Numbered from the stretch's first letter, positions 8,494-17,712 are shown. The stretch is 32,000 nt of DNA from Erysipelothrix larvae (GCF_001545095.1 NZ_CP013213.1:1860001-1892000), one strand, 5' to 3'. Translations and numbers: made by a program. Notes: generated by a model from the letters alone, not told the origin.

Positions 8494-10026
8494 TCAATGC
8501 GTACCAGTACGCGCTGGTTCCCTTTCTTTAAAGAAATGATTTTCGTAGTAATATGACTTCTTCGCCAGTTCTTCATCCAGCAAATCAGTCCCTAATCGTT
8601 CAAGCAACGTCTCTTCTTTACTGAAAAGATTCACACCCAAACCTAACACATCCCCTTCAATGGTTGCACCCAGTGCAGATAATGTTGTAGGGAATAAATC
8701 CATCACCGTATAGTCACGGTTTTTAATCCGTGTTTCATCAACCTCACGGTTCACATTTAAAAATGCATTATAGATAGCGTATTGATCACTGGTTGTCCGT
8801 TGCATAAAATCATTATTCATTGAATTATGATCCCCAACAAGAATTACCGTCGTATCCTTATAGAAATCTTGGTTTTGAATCCACGTCACAAACTCACGAA
8901 CCATGCTATCTGAACAAGCAAAGGCATTTGCATAATCTACGGAATACTCCGTCTTACACGATGCATCCGTATAACCATCCATAAAATGAGAGTCCACCGT
9001 TAACATGGTAATATTAAACGGTTCATCATTGGATGCAATCTCTAAGATTCTATCTTTCGCATAATCAAACATCTTGGAATCTTCCATACCCCAAAACACA
9101 TTATAGTCTTCAGGAATGTACCCAATTTCCTTCATATAACTCAAATCATAGATCTCATAATTCCCATGGGTTTCAAAGTATTGACGACGTCCTGCAAAGT
9201 CGGCATTCGACCCCATAAAGAAGTAATTCGAATACCCATTACCCTGTAAGATTTCGCCCAGTGTTGTAAGACCGGGTAAATACTCACCATTCATCCCAAA
9301 TGATGTTGGTTCACTTGTAATTGGAATCTGTAGTGGCACACCACTGGTTTGCCCAACAAGACTTGCGGCCGTCCAAGTTAATCCTCGTGCATGAACATGG
9401 CCACCAAACCCATACGATGAAGAGAAGTTAATATTATCATTCGCCAATGTTTCTAGATTTGGAATCAAATTCACAATTTCATCATCAATTTCAATGCTTG
9501 TGAAGTTTGTGTTCATGGATTCCAATACAATATAAATCAGGTTTTGTTTTTCCTGTGGAAATTGAATCGAAACATCATTTGGATCCACATAATAGGTTTC
9601 ATATAGAGACCCAGGATTCAACCGTTCACTGACATATCCCCAAATGTTCAACTTATAGTTTGCAAATGATCCCAACGCCAAGACTGCAGCCAATGCACTT
9701 AACACAGCTTTCTTCAGTGTGGGTTTAAAGGTAACTACCTTTTCGATTTTCTTTCCAAACCTCTCAAAGGATAGTTTGGGTTGTTTCTTTGTGAGTGTAT
9801 ATCCAACCCAAAATAAGAGTCCAAAGCCAATGAAATAAGGCAAGCCAAACCAAAGGTAGTCAAAGAACATAGTATAGTTCGCACCATCCCCTTTACTAAC
9901 CATTACATAGAGGATTTGTTCAAAGTCCATCTCACCTGAGGAATCAATGAGATATAAAGGGAGTACAAACAATCCCACAAGACCGACCCAAAAAACAATA
10001 TTCGCCCATTTCACAAATCTTTTCAC
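8494..10026 (-). CDS. LtaS-like sulfatase-fold transferase, copy 3 (no linked kinase)
   Basis: Motifs YIVLESMN, GQTSG and VGDHN. The ORF-track start at 10098 is a TTG that lies over a TATAAT box. A GTG at 10026 is preceded by GGGGGTG at SD distance and gives an MKRFVKW N-terminus that matches the paralogs (MHKFSKG, MKKIKFM). The gene ends with TGA. Confidence 0.8.
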   Translation of the reverse strand: MKRFVKWANIVFWVGLVGLFVLPLYLIDSSGEMDFEQILYVMVSKGDGANYTMFFDYLWFGLPYFIGFGLLFWVGYTLTKKQPKLSFERFGKKIEKVVTFKPTLKKAVLSALAAVLALGSFANYKLNIWGYVSERLNPGSLYETYYVDPNDVSIQFPQEKQNLIYIVLESMNTNFTSIEIDDEIVNLIPNLETLANDNINFSSSYGFGGHVHARGLTWTAASLVGQTSGVPLQIPITSEPTSFGMNGEYLPGLTTLGEILQGNGYSNYFFMGSNADFAGRRQYFETHGNYEIYDLSYMKEIGYIPEDYNVFWGMEDSKMFDYAKDRILEIASNDEPFNITMLTVDSHFMDGYTDASCKTEYSVDYANAFACSDSMVREFVTWIQNQDFYKDTTVILVGDHNSMNNDFMQRTTSDQYAIYNAFLNVNREVDETRIKNRDYTVMDLFPTTLSALGATIEGDVLGLGVNLFSKEETLLERLGTDLLDEELAKKSYYYENHFFKEREPARTGTH

Positions 10027-10301
10027 GTTATACACCCCCACTTTAATCATCATTAATAAAACTAATAAAAAGTTCACCTTACTTTTATTATACACCAATT
10101 TTTTTCAATTTTAAGGTTATCATCGGTATCAACTTTGTTGATATCTAGGTAATTATGCTCTATTAACATTAACTCTGCAAAAATTAATCACAAAAAAAAT
10201 ATTGTTTTGTTTAATTAGATCAGGTATCTCAAAAGTATTTCGTGCATTGTGGATAAACGATTTGACTTGATGATTGACAGATCCAGATATCAATTAGCTC
10301 A

Positions 10302-10344
10302 ACACAAATGGGGCCCCTTTAGTAAAAAGAGACCCCATTTGTGT
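10302..10344 (-). terminator. 12-bp perfect hairpin downstream of the MupG-like gene
   Basis: ACACAAATGGGG (10302-10313) pairs with CCCCATTTGTGT (10333-10344). It lies 10 nt past the TAA at 10354. Confidence 0.5.
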
Positions 10345-10353
10345 GTGTATTTG

Positions 10354-11439
10354 TTATTTTGTAACGAGTCTAAAGTTTGACCATGGTTTGATGCAATCTA
10401 GTAATGCATATCCATTGTCTGTCAAGTGACCTACAACATTAACCTGTCCCTTGTTTTTCATTTCTTTTAAGACAATTTGAAGTTCCCCTTTGTATTGACC
10501 AAAGGCGTTGTTTCCAATAATGATATCGCCTCGTTTTAAGACATCATGTGTATTCACGGGTTGAATTGGTATTTCTTTGTATGTAATCCGTGGCATGCTT
10601 GAGCGAATCATATACCCATTGTAATCCCCACGGTAACTATGAACCACTTCATTCACAATCGTTTTTTCGATAGCTGAGATGTTATCTTCAAGCACACATT
10701 CGATTTCAGGATACTGTGCGAAGTATGCTTTTGACATCTTTTCAAGTTCTTCATCACTGGCAAATGCATCACCAATGATGATGTCATCCATTGACCCTTC
10801 CATAACAAAGTAACTTGTTTGGGCTTCAATGGATAGATCTCGGTGCATTTCTAAGGTACACAGTCTATCTTGCATCGGCCATGGACCCAATTGACCTGTT
10901 TGTGTAGTAACAAAAGCAGCAGTTCTTAAGTTATGCTTTGTGAAACTTTCAGTTGTTTTCTTAAAGAATGCTTCATCCAATCCTGAATAACGCATTGGGT
11001 AAAAGTTGTGACATGCAATCAGGTTTTCTTTCTTTGGATTAAATTGCATAATTACATCCACATTGGAGATTCCCATACTCATATTCAACTCAATCTTAAG
11101 CCCATAAGGGTTTCGTGTCATGATTGCTTCTTCACGGCCTGTAAACCCCATGTCTAAGCGTAAGCCATAAGCACCTAAGTCATGAAAGAACGACAAATCA
11201 TCATGAGAGATTCCCAGTTGATTAAAAATCATTGGATTAATATCAACAATAACTTGCATTCCTTTTGAACTTGCATATTCAACAATTGCTTTGAAATTCG
11301 CTAAAACCTGTTCTTGATCACCCGTTAACTCTAATAAACTTGTGAAAACGCGTCCAAACCCTAACGATACAGACGTATCTATATATCGTTTATTTTCTTC
11401 AAATGAACTCTTTTCTGGATAAATTGATATACCTAACAT
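10354..11439 (-). CDS. mupG: DUF871 / MupG-family TIM-barrel protein (putative 6-phospho-N-acetylmuramidase)
   Basis: The N-terminus MLGISIYPE and the overall length (361 aa) are typical of the DUF871/MupG family. Strong SD AGGAGG. The call rests on recalled family features only. Confidence 0.6.
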   Translation of the reverse strand: MLGISIYPEKSSFEENKRYIDTSVSLGFGRVFTSLLELTGDQEQVLANFKAIVEYASSKGMQVIVDINPMIFNQLGISHDDLSFFHDLGAYGLRLDMGFTGREEAIMTRNPYGLKIELNMSMGISNVDVIMQFNPKKENLIACHNFYPMRYSGLDEAFFKKTTESFTKHNLRTAAFVTTQTGQLGPWPMQDRLCTLEMHRDLSIEAQTSYFVMEGSMDDIIIGDAFASDEELEKMSKAYFAQYPEIECVLEDNISAIEKTIVNEVVHSYRGDYNGYMIRSSMPRITYKEIPIQPVNTHDVLKRGDIIIGNNAFGQYKGELQIVLKEMKNKGQVNVVGHLTDNGYALLDCIKPWSNFRLVTK

Positions 11440-11601
11440 AATGTGCCTCCTTTAAGCACTTTCATTGTACATCATCTGCGTCATTATTGCGATATCGGTG
11501 GTGTCTAAATAATTTTCTTATGCTTAAATTATTAGTAAATTGTTCACATGTATAAAAAAATTGTTCGTGAAAAAACAAACAGACACACCAAAGCATAACC
11601 T

Positions 11602-11631
11602 TTGTAACAGATATGTTTTATAGTTTATAGT
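11602..11631 (+). promoter_or_regulatory. candidate promoter for 11658..12488
   Basis: TTGTAA (11602-11607), an 18-nt spacer, then TATAGT (11626-11631). The TATAGTT unit is directly duplicated. Confidence 0.35.
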
Positions 11632-11657
11632 TTCAGTGTAAAACAAGGAGGGTTACT

Positions 11658-12488
11658 ATGTTATTCATACAAGAGATTATTAAAGATGTGCTCGTGATAG
11701 TTGTGTCTGGTTTTTTAACACTTACTGGTGCGAGTAATGCCACTTCAATATCTGACCCATCCATCATTCTTGACGAAACCCACAACAAGAAGAGTGCTAT
11801 TTATGACCCTGTAAGTGAAGCTTATGACGTACCGCTTGAAACAGTACTTGAAGAAGCTCAAGAAGCATTGGATGAAGAAAGAGCACTTGAACAAGAAAGA
11901 TTAAGACTTGAGCAAGAGGCTCAAGCAGCGCTTGAACAAGAAGCAATCGCATTAAAAAAAGCTCAAGAAGCACAAGCGGAAGTTGTGGTTAAAACGACAC
12001 CAAAACAAGAAACTGTTTCCGCTTCAACGCAACCTGAAACACCTGCCCCACAAGCACAAGAACCGGCTGTTCAAGCCCCTAAACAGTCATTAAGTCAATA
12101 CGTATCCCTTAATGGAACCCAATACCCATTTAAGGAACTTGCTCTTAATACACAGGTAGCACAAAACTTCATTGACACCAATCCTGGATCCTATGGTCTT
12201 TGGCAAGATGTAACGTACGCTACAACCTTTGACATTCTATTTGCACACTATTATGCTGCAGGTAAATTAGTATATGATGCAAATGTCGGCAACACCATTA
12301 CCCTTAAGTTTGAAAATGGTGAAACACGAAACTATCGTGTTGTTGCGAAAACAATCCAATCGGTTAACGCATACTATGATTCCAACTCATCACTGTGGGA
12401 TGCAGTCGGAACTGATTTTGATTTGATGATTAAAACCTGTTATGACGTCGGTGTTACGGATATTATCATCACACTGGTTCAAGTATAA
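11658..12488 (+). CDS. membrane-anchored protein with coiled-coil and Pro/Gln linker and a C-terminal sortase-like domain
   Basis: SD AGGAGGG. N-terminal TM helix, an E/A/Q-rich helix, then a domain with FAH...VGNTITLKFENGETRNYRVV...LMIKTC. The His-to-Cys spacing is 64 residues, as in S. aureus SrtA (H120-C184). No Arg follows the Cys. Confidence 0.55.
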   Translation: MLFIQEIIKDVLVIVVSGFLTLTGASNATSISDPSIILDETHNKKSAIYDPVSEAYDVPLETVLEEAQEALDEERALEQERLRLEQEAQAALEQEAIALKKAQEAQAEVVVKTTPKQETVSASTQPETPAPQAQEPAVQAPKQSLSQYVSLNGTQYPFKELALNTQVAQNFIDTNPGSYGLWQDVTYATTFDILFAHYYAAGKLVYDANVGNTITLKFENGETRNYRVVAKTIQSVNAYYDSNSSLWDAVGTDFDLMIKTCYDVGVTDIIITLVQV

Positions 12489-12510
12489 CATACCTTTTAA
12501 CCATGTTTAC

Positions 12511-13239
12511 TTAGAAGAGCTCCAACAGCTCTGACATACTTGAAATAATGCAATGTGGTTTGATTTGGACTTCCCTGGGAAGTCCTTTTTGATGCCCATC
12601 AAAGTATATTGCCTTCATACCATAACAAATGGGTGCTTTTACTTCCCAACTATAATTATCGCCCACCATGCATGCTTCTTTGAGTGTTACACCCAGTTCG
12701 TCAGATACTGTTTCAAAGACCCTTCGATCGGGTTTAAAATATCCTCGATCACCTGATATCCATAACACATCAAAATAGGGATCAAGATTAAAATGTTGAA
12801 TCTTCTCCATCTGAACCTCACCCCCACCATTGGTAATGAGTGCGAGCTTATACCCTCTTTGTTTTAACGCACCCAGTGTCTTGTGGACATATGGATACAA
12901 TGAAATCATTTCGTTACGATTGATTGGAAACTGAGTCAGCATAAATTCAAGAACTGCTTCTTTCTTTTCAAACTCAAGATTCTTAAGTGCAGCGAATAGT
13001 ATTTGTCGCCTAAGTTCATACACACTGCCTGTAAAATCAGCAATACGAGCAGGATTGTTTAAGTATGCAGCGTGTTCATGAATCACTTCATCAAGAATCA
13101 CAGCTTTGGGTAGATCCAGTTCTGGAAAAGCGATTAGAAGTTGTTGGCACGTCACTTCCCATGCTTGTGCTGATGTTCCCCCTATATTAATGAGTGTATC
13201 ATCGAGGTCAAAGTAAATTGCCTTAATATTATCAAACAT
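12511..13239 (-). CDS. HAD-superfamily hydrolase
   Basis: Motif I FDLDDTL (DxDxT), motif II LITNG, motif IV VGDN. SD GAGAGG. Confidence 0.85.
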   Translation of the reverse strand: MFDNIKAIYFDLDDTLINIGGTSAQAWEVTCQQLLIAFPELDLPKAVILDEVIHEHAAYLNNPARIADFTGSVYELRRQILFAALKNLEFEKKEAVLEFMLTQFPINRNEMISLYPYVHKTLGALKQRGYKLALITNGGGEVQMEKIQHFNLDPYFDVLWISGDRGYFKPDRRVFETVSDELGVTLKEACMVGDNYSWEVKAPICYGMKAIYFDGHQKGLPREVQIKPHCIISSMSELLELF

Positions 13240-13409
13240 ATCTTGTTACCTCTCTTTTATCTATTATACCAAACATCAAAAGAGCCCAGCCATAATCCTT
13301 TTAGATTTCTAGTCCCCGTGTCTTAAATGATACGACCTCCATCATAGTAGATCAGCACTTATGATAAAAGAGCCTATTTCTAAGCTCTTAAACATGGATT
13401 GATGATTGT

Positions 13410-15164
13410 CTATTTGTTTTTTCGACGCTTACTTACCCCTAAGAGTATTAGACCAATTCCCAAAGCATACCATGGTATGTAGGATTGACTTACACCTGTT
13501 TTGGGTAGCGTTTCATCTGTTTTAGTCTCTTGTGATGTGTCGGGTGTTGTATTTCCTGTATTTACATTACTACTTGGTGGTGTTTCTTTTGGTGGACTGT
13601 ATTTCTCAACGATTCCATAGGCGCTAAAGGATGTGGCACCAAAGGTTACCCATCCATCCTTAAGGGTTGGGTTTATATATTCAAGGGTTCCATCGTTAAG
13701 TTGATGCACAATCACGATTTCACCCCCTTCTTTTGCGATATAGTCTCTGAAGGTAATCATTGCGATCTCTTGTTCGCTCAGTGTGTAACGTTCATTGGTT
13801 AACGTATTCCAAAGGGTCATATTAAACAGGGTTAAGTTTTCTACATCTTCCATATTTTCTCTTATGGTTCTATAGTCGTGCGTCGTACTTGATAGCGGTT
13901 CAGTGATAAGTCTTACTTCCCAGGGTAATCCTTCTACCATTGCATAGTCATTGATATGATTCGTTTCACCTGCTTGTTTTTGTACCAACGCCAGTTTTTC
14001 TTTAGTTTCTTCAGAAATGAGTCCTTTTTCTTGTTCACTCAATGCATTATATGCAACACTTAGCATCGCGATTTCATCCGCAAACTTCAGTGCTTCTTCA
14101 TGGGTTGTGGGTGTTTTTTGCGTTGATAGGTTTCTATAAATCAGCTCAATCTCATCCCGTATATCGTTAACTGCCTGTGGATACTGAATAACCATCCTGC
14201 CTTTAAGAAACGTAATATTATAATTGTCATGTGATAGGGTTTTATCTTGCACGATATCATGGGTTCCAACTGTATTATCACTTACCTTTAATGATCCAAC
14301 CAGTGTATCCGTTCCTACAAGTCCAGTGGTTGTATATGTTAATGCAGGCATCATTTCTCCAAAAATCATCGTTTTATCCTCTGCACTCACTGTGATTGAT
14401 TTTTTGTTAACGATGAGATCAAGGGAAGCCGATCCATCATAATATTGATCATCATCAGCTTGTGTCACACTCAGTGTTACTACTGTGCCATTTGTTGCAT
14501 TGTGTAGTGTCACAATCCCCAATTGGTCAATGGATACAAGATGTGGATGGCTGCTTGTCCATGTAAGTGCACCGGTTCCTCGATTACCGTTTAGAAGCGT
14601 TGAGAGATCAAAGCGCGCATCACCGTATGTTTTAGTAAGATCACTCACTGTAAATGAAAGGGTTCTTTGTGTCCCAATCTGTACATCCACACTTCCCGTT
14701 AACACTTTATATTTTGAATCATTCGGCGTAAATACAGTATCATATGTATGGGTTCCTTTGGTTATACCTGTAGAAGGTGTAACCCAGGAAAAGATACCTT
14801 CCACTGGATTGTTGTTTTGATCATAAAAACTTGCACTCAACTTGACTTGACTCAATGTTTCTCCTGGAATAAAGTCACCATATACAGCATCTTTCATTGA
14901 TATGGGTAATCGTGAAAACCGTGTACTTTCTTTAGAAACTGTTTCATTGGTTTGACTCATACCACTCAGCTCTGGGAAGTAACAATTGTCTGTATCACAG
15001 GCTCTTTTTGTCCAAATAGATGGATTAAATGATCCCATACTTCCAGTACTCAAGTTCAATACATCCATACTAATCATCTGTGATGTCGTGAGGCCAGTTG
15101 CTTGTTGACAGCTCGTTCCAGATACGACATACCCATTCGCCTCACTCAGTCCTGTAGTTTCCAT
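13410..15164 (-). CDS. C-terminal body of GLUG/Big_2/MBG surface adhesin 1 with an LPKTG anchor (segment downstream of an in-frame TAG)
   Basis: Big_2-like segment (ALTWTSSHPHLVSID), MBG-like segment (LTYTTTGLVGTDTLVGSLKV...NYNITF), then LPKTG, a hydrophobic helix and KRRKNK. There is no SD or signal peptide at the listed ATG. It is in the same frame as 15258..16196. Confidence 0.8.
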   Translation of the reverse strand: METTGLSEANGYVVSGTSCQQATGLTTSQMISMDVLNLSTGSMGSFNPSIWTKRACDTDNCYFPELSGMSQTNETVSKESTRFSRLPISMKDAVYGDFIPGETLSQVKLSASFYDQNNNPVEGIFSWVTPSTGITKGTHTYDTVFTPNDSKYKVLTGSVDVQIGTQRTLSFTVSDLTKTYGDARFDLSTLLNGNRGTGALTWTSSHPHLVSIDQLGIVTLHNATNGTVVTLSVTQADDDQYYDGSASLDLIVNKKSITVSAEDKTMIFGEMMPALTYTTTGLVGTDTLVGSLKVSDNTVGTHDIVQDKTLSHDNYNITFLKGRMVIQYPQAVNDIRDEIELIYRNLSTQKTPTTHEEALKFADEIAMLSVAYNALSEQEKGLISEETKEKLALVQKQAGETNHINDYAMVEGLPWEVRLITEPLSSTTHDYRTIRENMEDVENLTLFNMTLWNTLTNERYTLSEQEIAMITFRDYIAKEGGEIVIVHQLNDGTLEYINPTLKDGWVTFGATSFSAYGIVEKYSPPKETPPSSNVNTGNTTPDTSQETKTDETLPKTGVSQSYIPWYALGIGLILLGVSKRRKNK

Positions 15165-15257
15165 ATTATAATAACTGTTTACAACATTGGTATTCTCATA
15201 ACTTGTACCTCCCGAAAACCCGCCTTTACTTCCGTTAGCGTTTATTGGTCCAAATGC

Positions 15258-16196
15258 CTATGATTTTTGAATCCTTCCACTAGAAATTAGCCCTGCAAAT
15301 CCACCAACATTAACCCAGCTATTTGTAGTTGATACGGACATATTTGAATAATTGTCAGAAAAAGCGTTTATCAAATTAGCAGTATCCAAAGTCCCAATAA
15401 ATCCTCCTACATTCCCAGTGATATTCGAACCAATTTCATCAGATATTCTTCCGATTGCGAAACTTTTTAATACATTACTCGCTATACTGGTTCCGATTAA
15501 ACCGCCTAACGACACATTAAAAATAAAATCACTAATCCTGAGATTGACATCACTGTAGGATTCAAGAACTTCAGAACCCTCTATCTTTCCTAATAGTCCG
15601 CCTACATTTATATAATAACTTGAAATTGATATCTTACCTTTGGAGTAACAATTTGAAATTTTTGTTTTAATTGAGTATCCCGCTAATATCCCAACATTTA
15701 ATCCAATTTCATCATCAATTATATTAATCCCACCCATCGTATCGTTTGTTTCCACACCAAGATTAGTGATTGTGGCATCCTGTGTATATCCAAACAATCC
15801 GATATTATTTCTCTGGTCATTTGTTGGGGCATTATTCTGTTTAAACCATAACCCAGTAACTGAATGACCTTTTCCATCAAAATGACCTGAGAAAGAATTG
15901 AATTTAACCGTTCCGATTGGATTCCACCCTGCAGGTTTATCTTCTAAGAATGTTGTTAAATCAATGTCATTGTTCAATTGAAAATACACCGTTTGATTGA
16001 GATACTTTCGCACATTATCTAGATGGTCTACTGTTTCTATTTGATACGGATCTGAACGGGTCCCTGTTCCGCCTGCAAAATCATGTGTATCATCTGCTGA
16101 TATCTGTGTGATCTGTGTTGAGACACTGAAGATAATCAGTGTGAAACAGATGATGAGTTTGAGCAATACTTTCTTTATCTCTTTGAATGGTGTCAT
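15258..16196 (-). CDS. N-terminal signal peptide, head and GLUG repeats of surface adhesin 1 (segment upstream of the in-frame TAG)
   Basis: SD AGGAGG, a signal peptide ending ISADD, a conserved head (DPYQI...DIDL...GWNPIG...GHSVTGLW) and GG[LF][IA]G (GLUG-type) repeats. It ends at the TAG at 15258-15260. Confidence 0.8.
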   Translation of the reverse strand: MTPFKEIKKVLLKLIICFTLIIFSVSTQITQISADDTHDFAGGTGTRSDPYQIETVDHLDNVRKYLNQTVYFQLNNDIDLTTFLEDKPAGWNPIGTVKFNSFSGHFDGKGHSVTGLWFKQNNAPTNDQRNNIGLFGYTQDATITNLGVETNDTMGGINIIDDEIGLNVGILAGYSIKTKISNCYSKGKISISSYYINVGGLLGKIEGSEVLESYSDVNLRISDFIFNVSLGGLIGTSIASNVLKSFAIGRISDEIGSNITGNVGGFIGTLDTANLINAFSDNYSNMSVSTTNSWVNVGGFAGLISSGRIQKS

Positions 16197-16287
16197 AGGG
16201 TTTGCCTCCTGAATATCTTGAAGTATAGCCTCAAGTATTGATTACTTTAATTGTACGATTATTCACAGTGATATTGTGATAATAAAA

Positions 16288-16303
16288 TTTCGTTATAACG
16301 AAA
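16288..16303. promoter_or_regulatory. perfect 16-bp palindrome TTTCGTTATAACGAAA upstream of adhesin gene 1 (candidate operator)
   Basis: Self-complementary 16-mer located 92-107 nt upstream of the ATG at 16196. The identical 16-mer occurs at 25285..25300 upstream of the giant adhesin gene. Confidence 0.45.
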
Positions 16304-16516
16304 AAAACGATCATTCACTTTTCAATCAAATCGTGATTCATAACCCAAAGCATTTATCACCCCTTATACAACACCCCCTTTAAAACCTGAATTTATACAG
16401 GAACAATAATACGCATCTTTAAAAAACTGAAGGGTTTGATAATTCATATATTATTTTTATATCAAATCACGAATAATAGGGGATAGATCAACTGGACGAT
16501 AAGGAGTCTTTCCCCC

Positions 16517-17422
16517 ATGAAAATATCATGTATCATCGCAACATATAATGGCGAACACTTTATCCAAGATCAACTCGATAGTATCCTTAATCAAACAGTT
16601 CAACCGGATGAAGTCTTGATTCGTGATGATTGTTCAAGCGATAACACAGTTGAATTCATTCAACGTTTCATCCTCAAGCATTCACTCTCACACTGGTCTT
16701 TACGCATCAACACCACAAACATGGGGCATCGTGAAAACTTCACAACACTGCTTCAAGAAGCAACGGGTGATGTCATATTCTTATGTGACCAAGATGATGT
16801 TTGGTTTGACCATAAAGTTGAAACACTTGTTGATATCATGGCACATGATGCTTCAATTGCACTGATTGCTTCCAATGTAACACCTATATATACTTCGGAT
16901 TCATCCGTCTTAGTTCGCAAAACTCACATCAAAAGTACCAAAAAAGTCTCCCCACTTGCGTTCTCGAGCAACTGGATTCGCCCAAGTTTACCTGGATGTT
17001 CCTATGCAATACGTAAGCATCTTGTGGACGATTATTTAAAGATATGGAACAAACAAGATGCCCATGATGCTATTTTATGGAGTGTAGCGTATGTTCAAGA
17101 CAGTCTTGCACACTATCCCGAATCCTTGATGAATTTCATCCGTCATGATCACAATGCGTCTGACACAGGAAAAAACGATCCATCGTATCGAATTCAGAGT
17201 ATCCAAAGTGATCTTGATGTCATGCGCCGGTGTATTGAGTCCTTAGAGCTTGATACTAAGAAAGTTAAAGCCATAAACAAGCAAATCAATGTCTATCAAC
17301 AGCGTCTTTATATCTTAAAGAACCGCCACATTATCCAACAGATCATCAACTTAAAAGACCTAAAGTATTATGCAATACCCCGTTTCTGGCTTGCGGATTT
17401 CTTATACTTGATTCGCTCTTAA
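16517..17422 (+). CDS. family-2 glycosyltransferase
   Basis: N-terminal ISCIIATYNGE...RDDCSSDNT and the DxD-type CDQDD motif. SD AAGGAG. Confidence 0.85.
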   Translation: MKISCIIATYNGEHFIQDQLDSILNQTVQPDEVLIRDDCSSDNTVEFIQRFILKHSLSHWSLRINTTNMGHRENFTTLLQEATGDVIFLCDQDDVWFDHKVETLVDIMAHDASIALIASNVTPIYTSDSSVLVRKTHIKSTKKVSPLAFSSNWIRPSLPGCSYAIRKHLVDDYLKIWNKQDAHDAILWSVAYVQDSLAHYPESLMNFIRHDHNASDTGKNDPSYRIQSIQSDLDVMRRCIESLELDTKKVKAINKQINVYQQRLYILKNRHIIQQIINLKDLKYYAIPRFWLADFLYLIRS

Positions 17423-17505
17423 CTTTAAAAACGATCACACCGAATTATCCAAACTTAGGCTAATCAAGTCTTTGCATAGTCCAAAACATCTCATGTATCG
17501 TTTAT

Positions 17506-17550
17506 AAGACAGCACCTGATTTAAAGAACATCAAGGGCTGTCTTTTATTT
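17506..17550 (+). terminator. terminator of the GT2 gene
   Basis: AAGACAGC (17506-17513) pairs with GCTGTCTT (17537-17544), followed by TTATTTT. Confidence 0.55.
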
Positions 17551-17712
17551 TAAGGTATCGTCCGTAATGAATCATCCCTTTGAATTGCTTGATTTCATGG
17601 CATATCCCTCAAGATGGAGCACCAAATCCAAGTAATTTGAATTACACAGCGATCCATCCAATGGAATCCGATTTGATGATGACTGTGTTGTTTGTGTAAT
17701 AGTTAAAGCTTC

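Noticed and set aside
2483-9218. Plus-strand ORFs 2483..2704, 7269..7538 and 9033..9218.
   Set aside because: Each lies entirely antisense within a well-supported LtaS-like CDS and has no start context.
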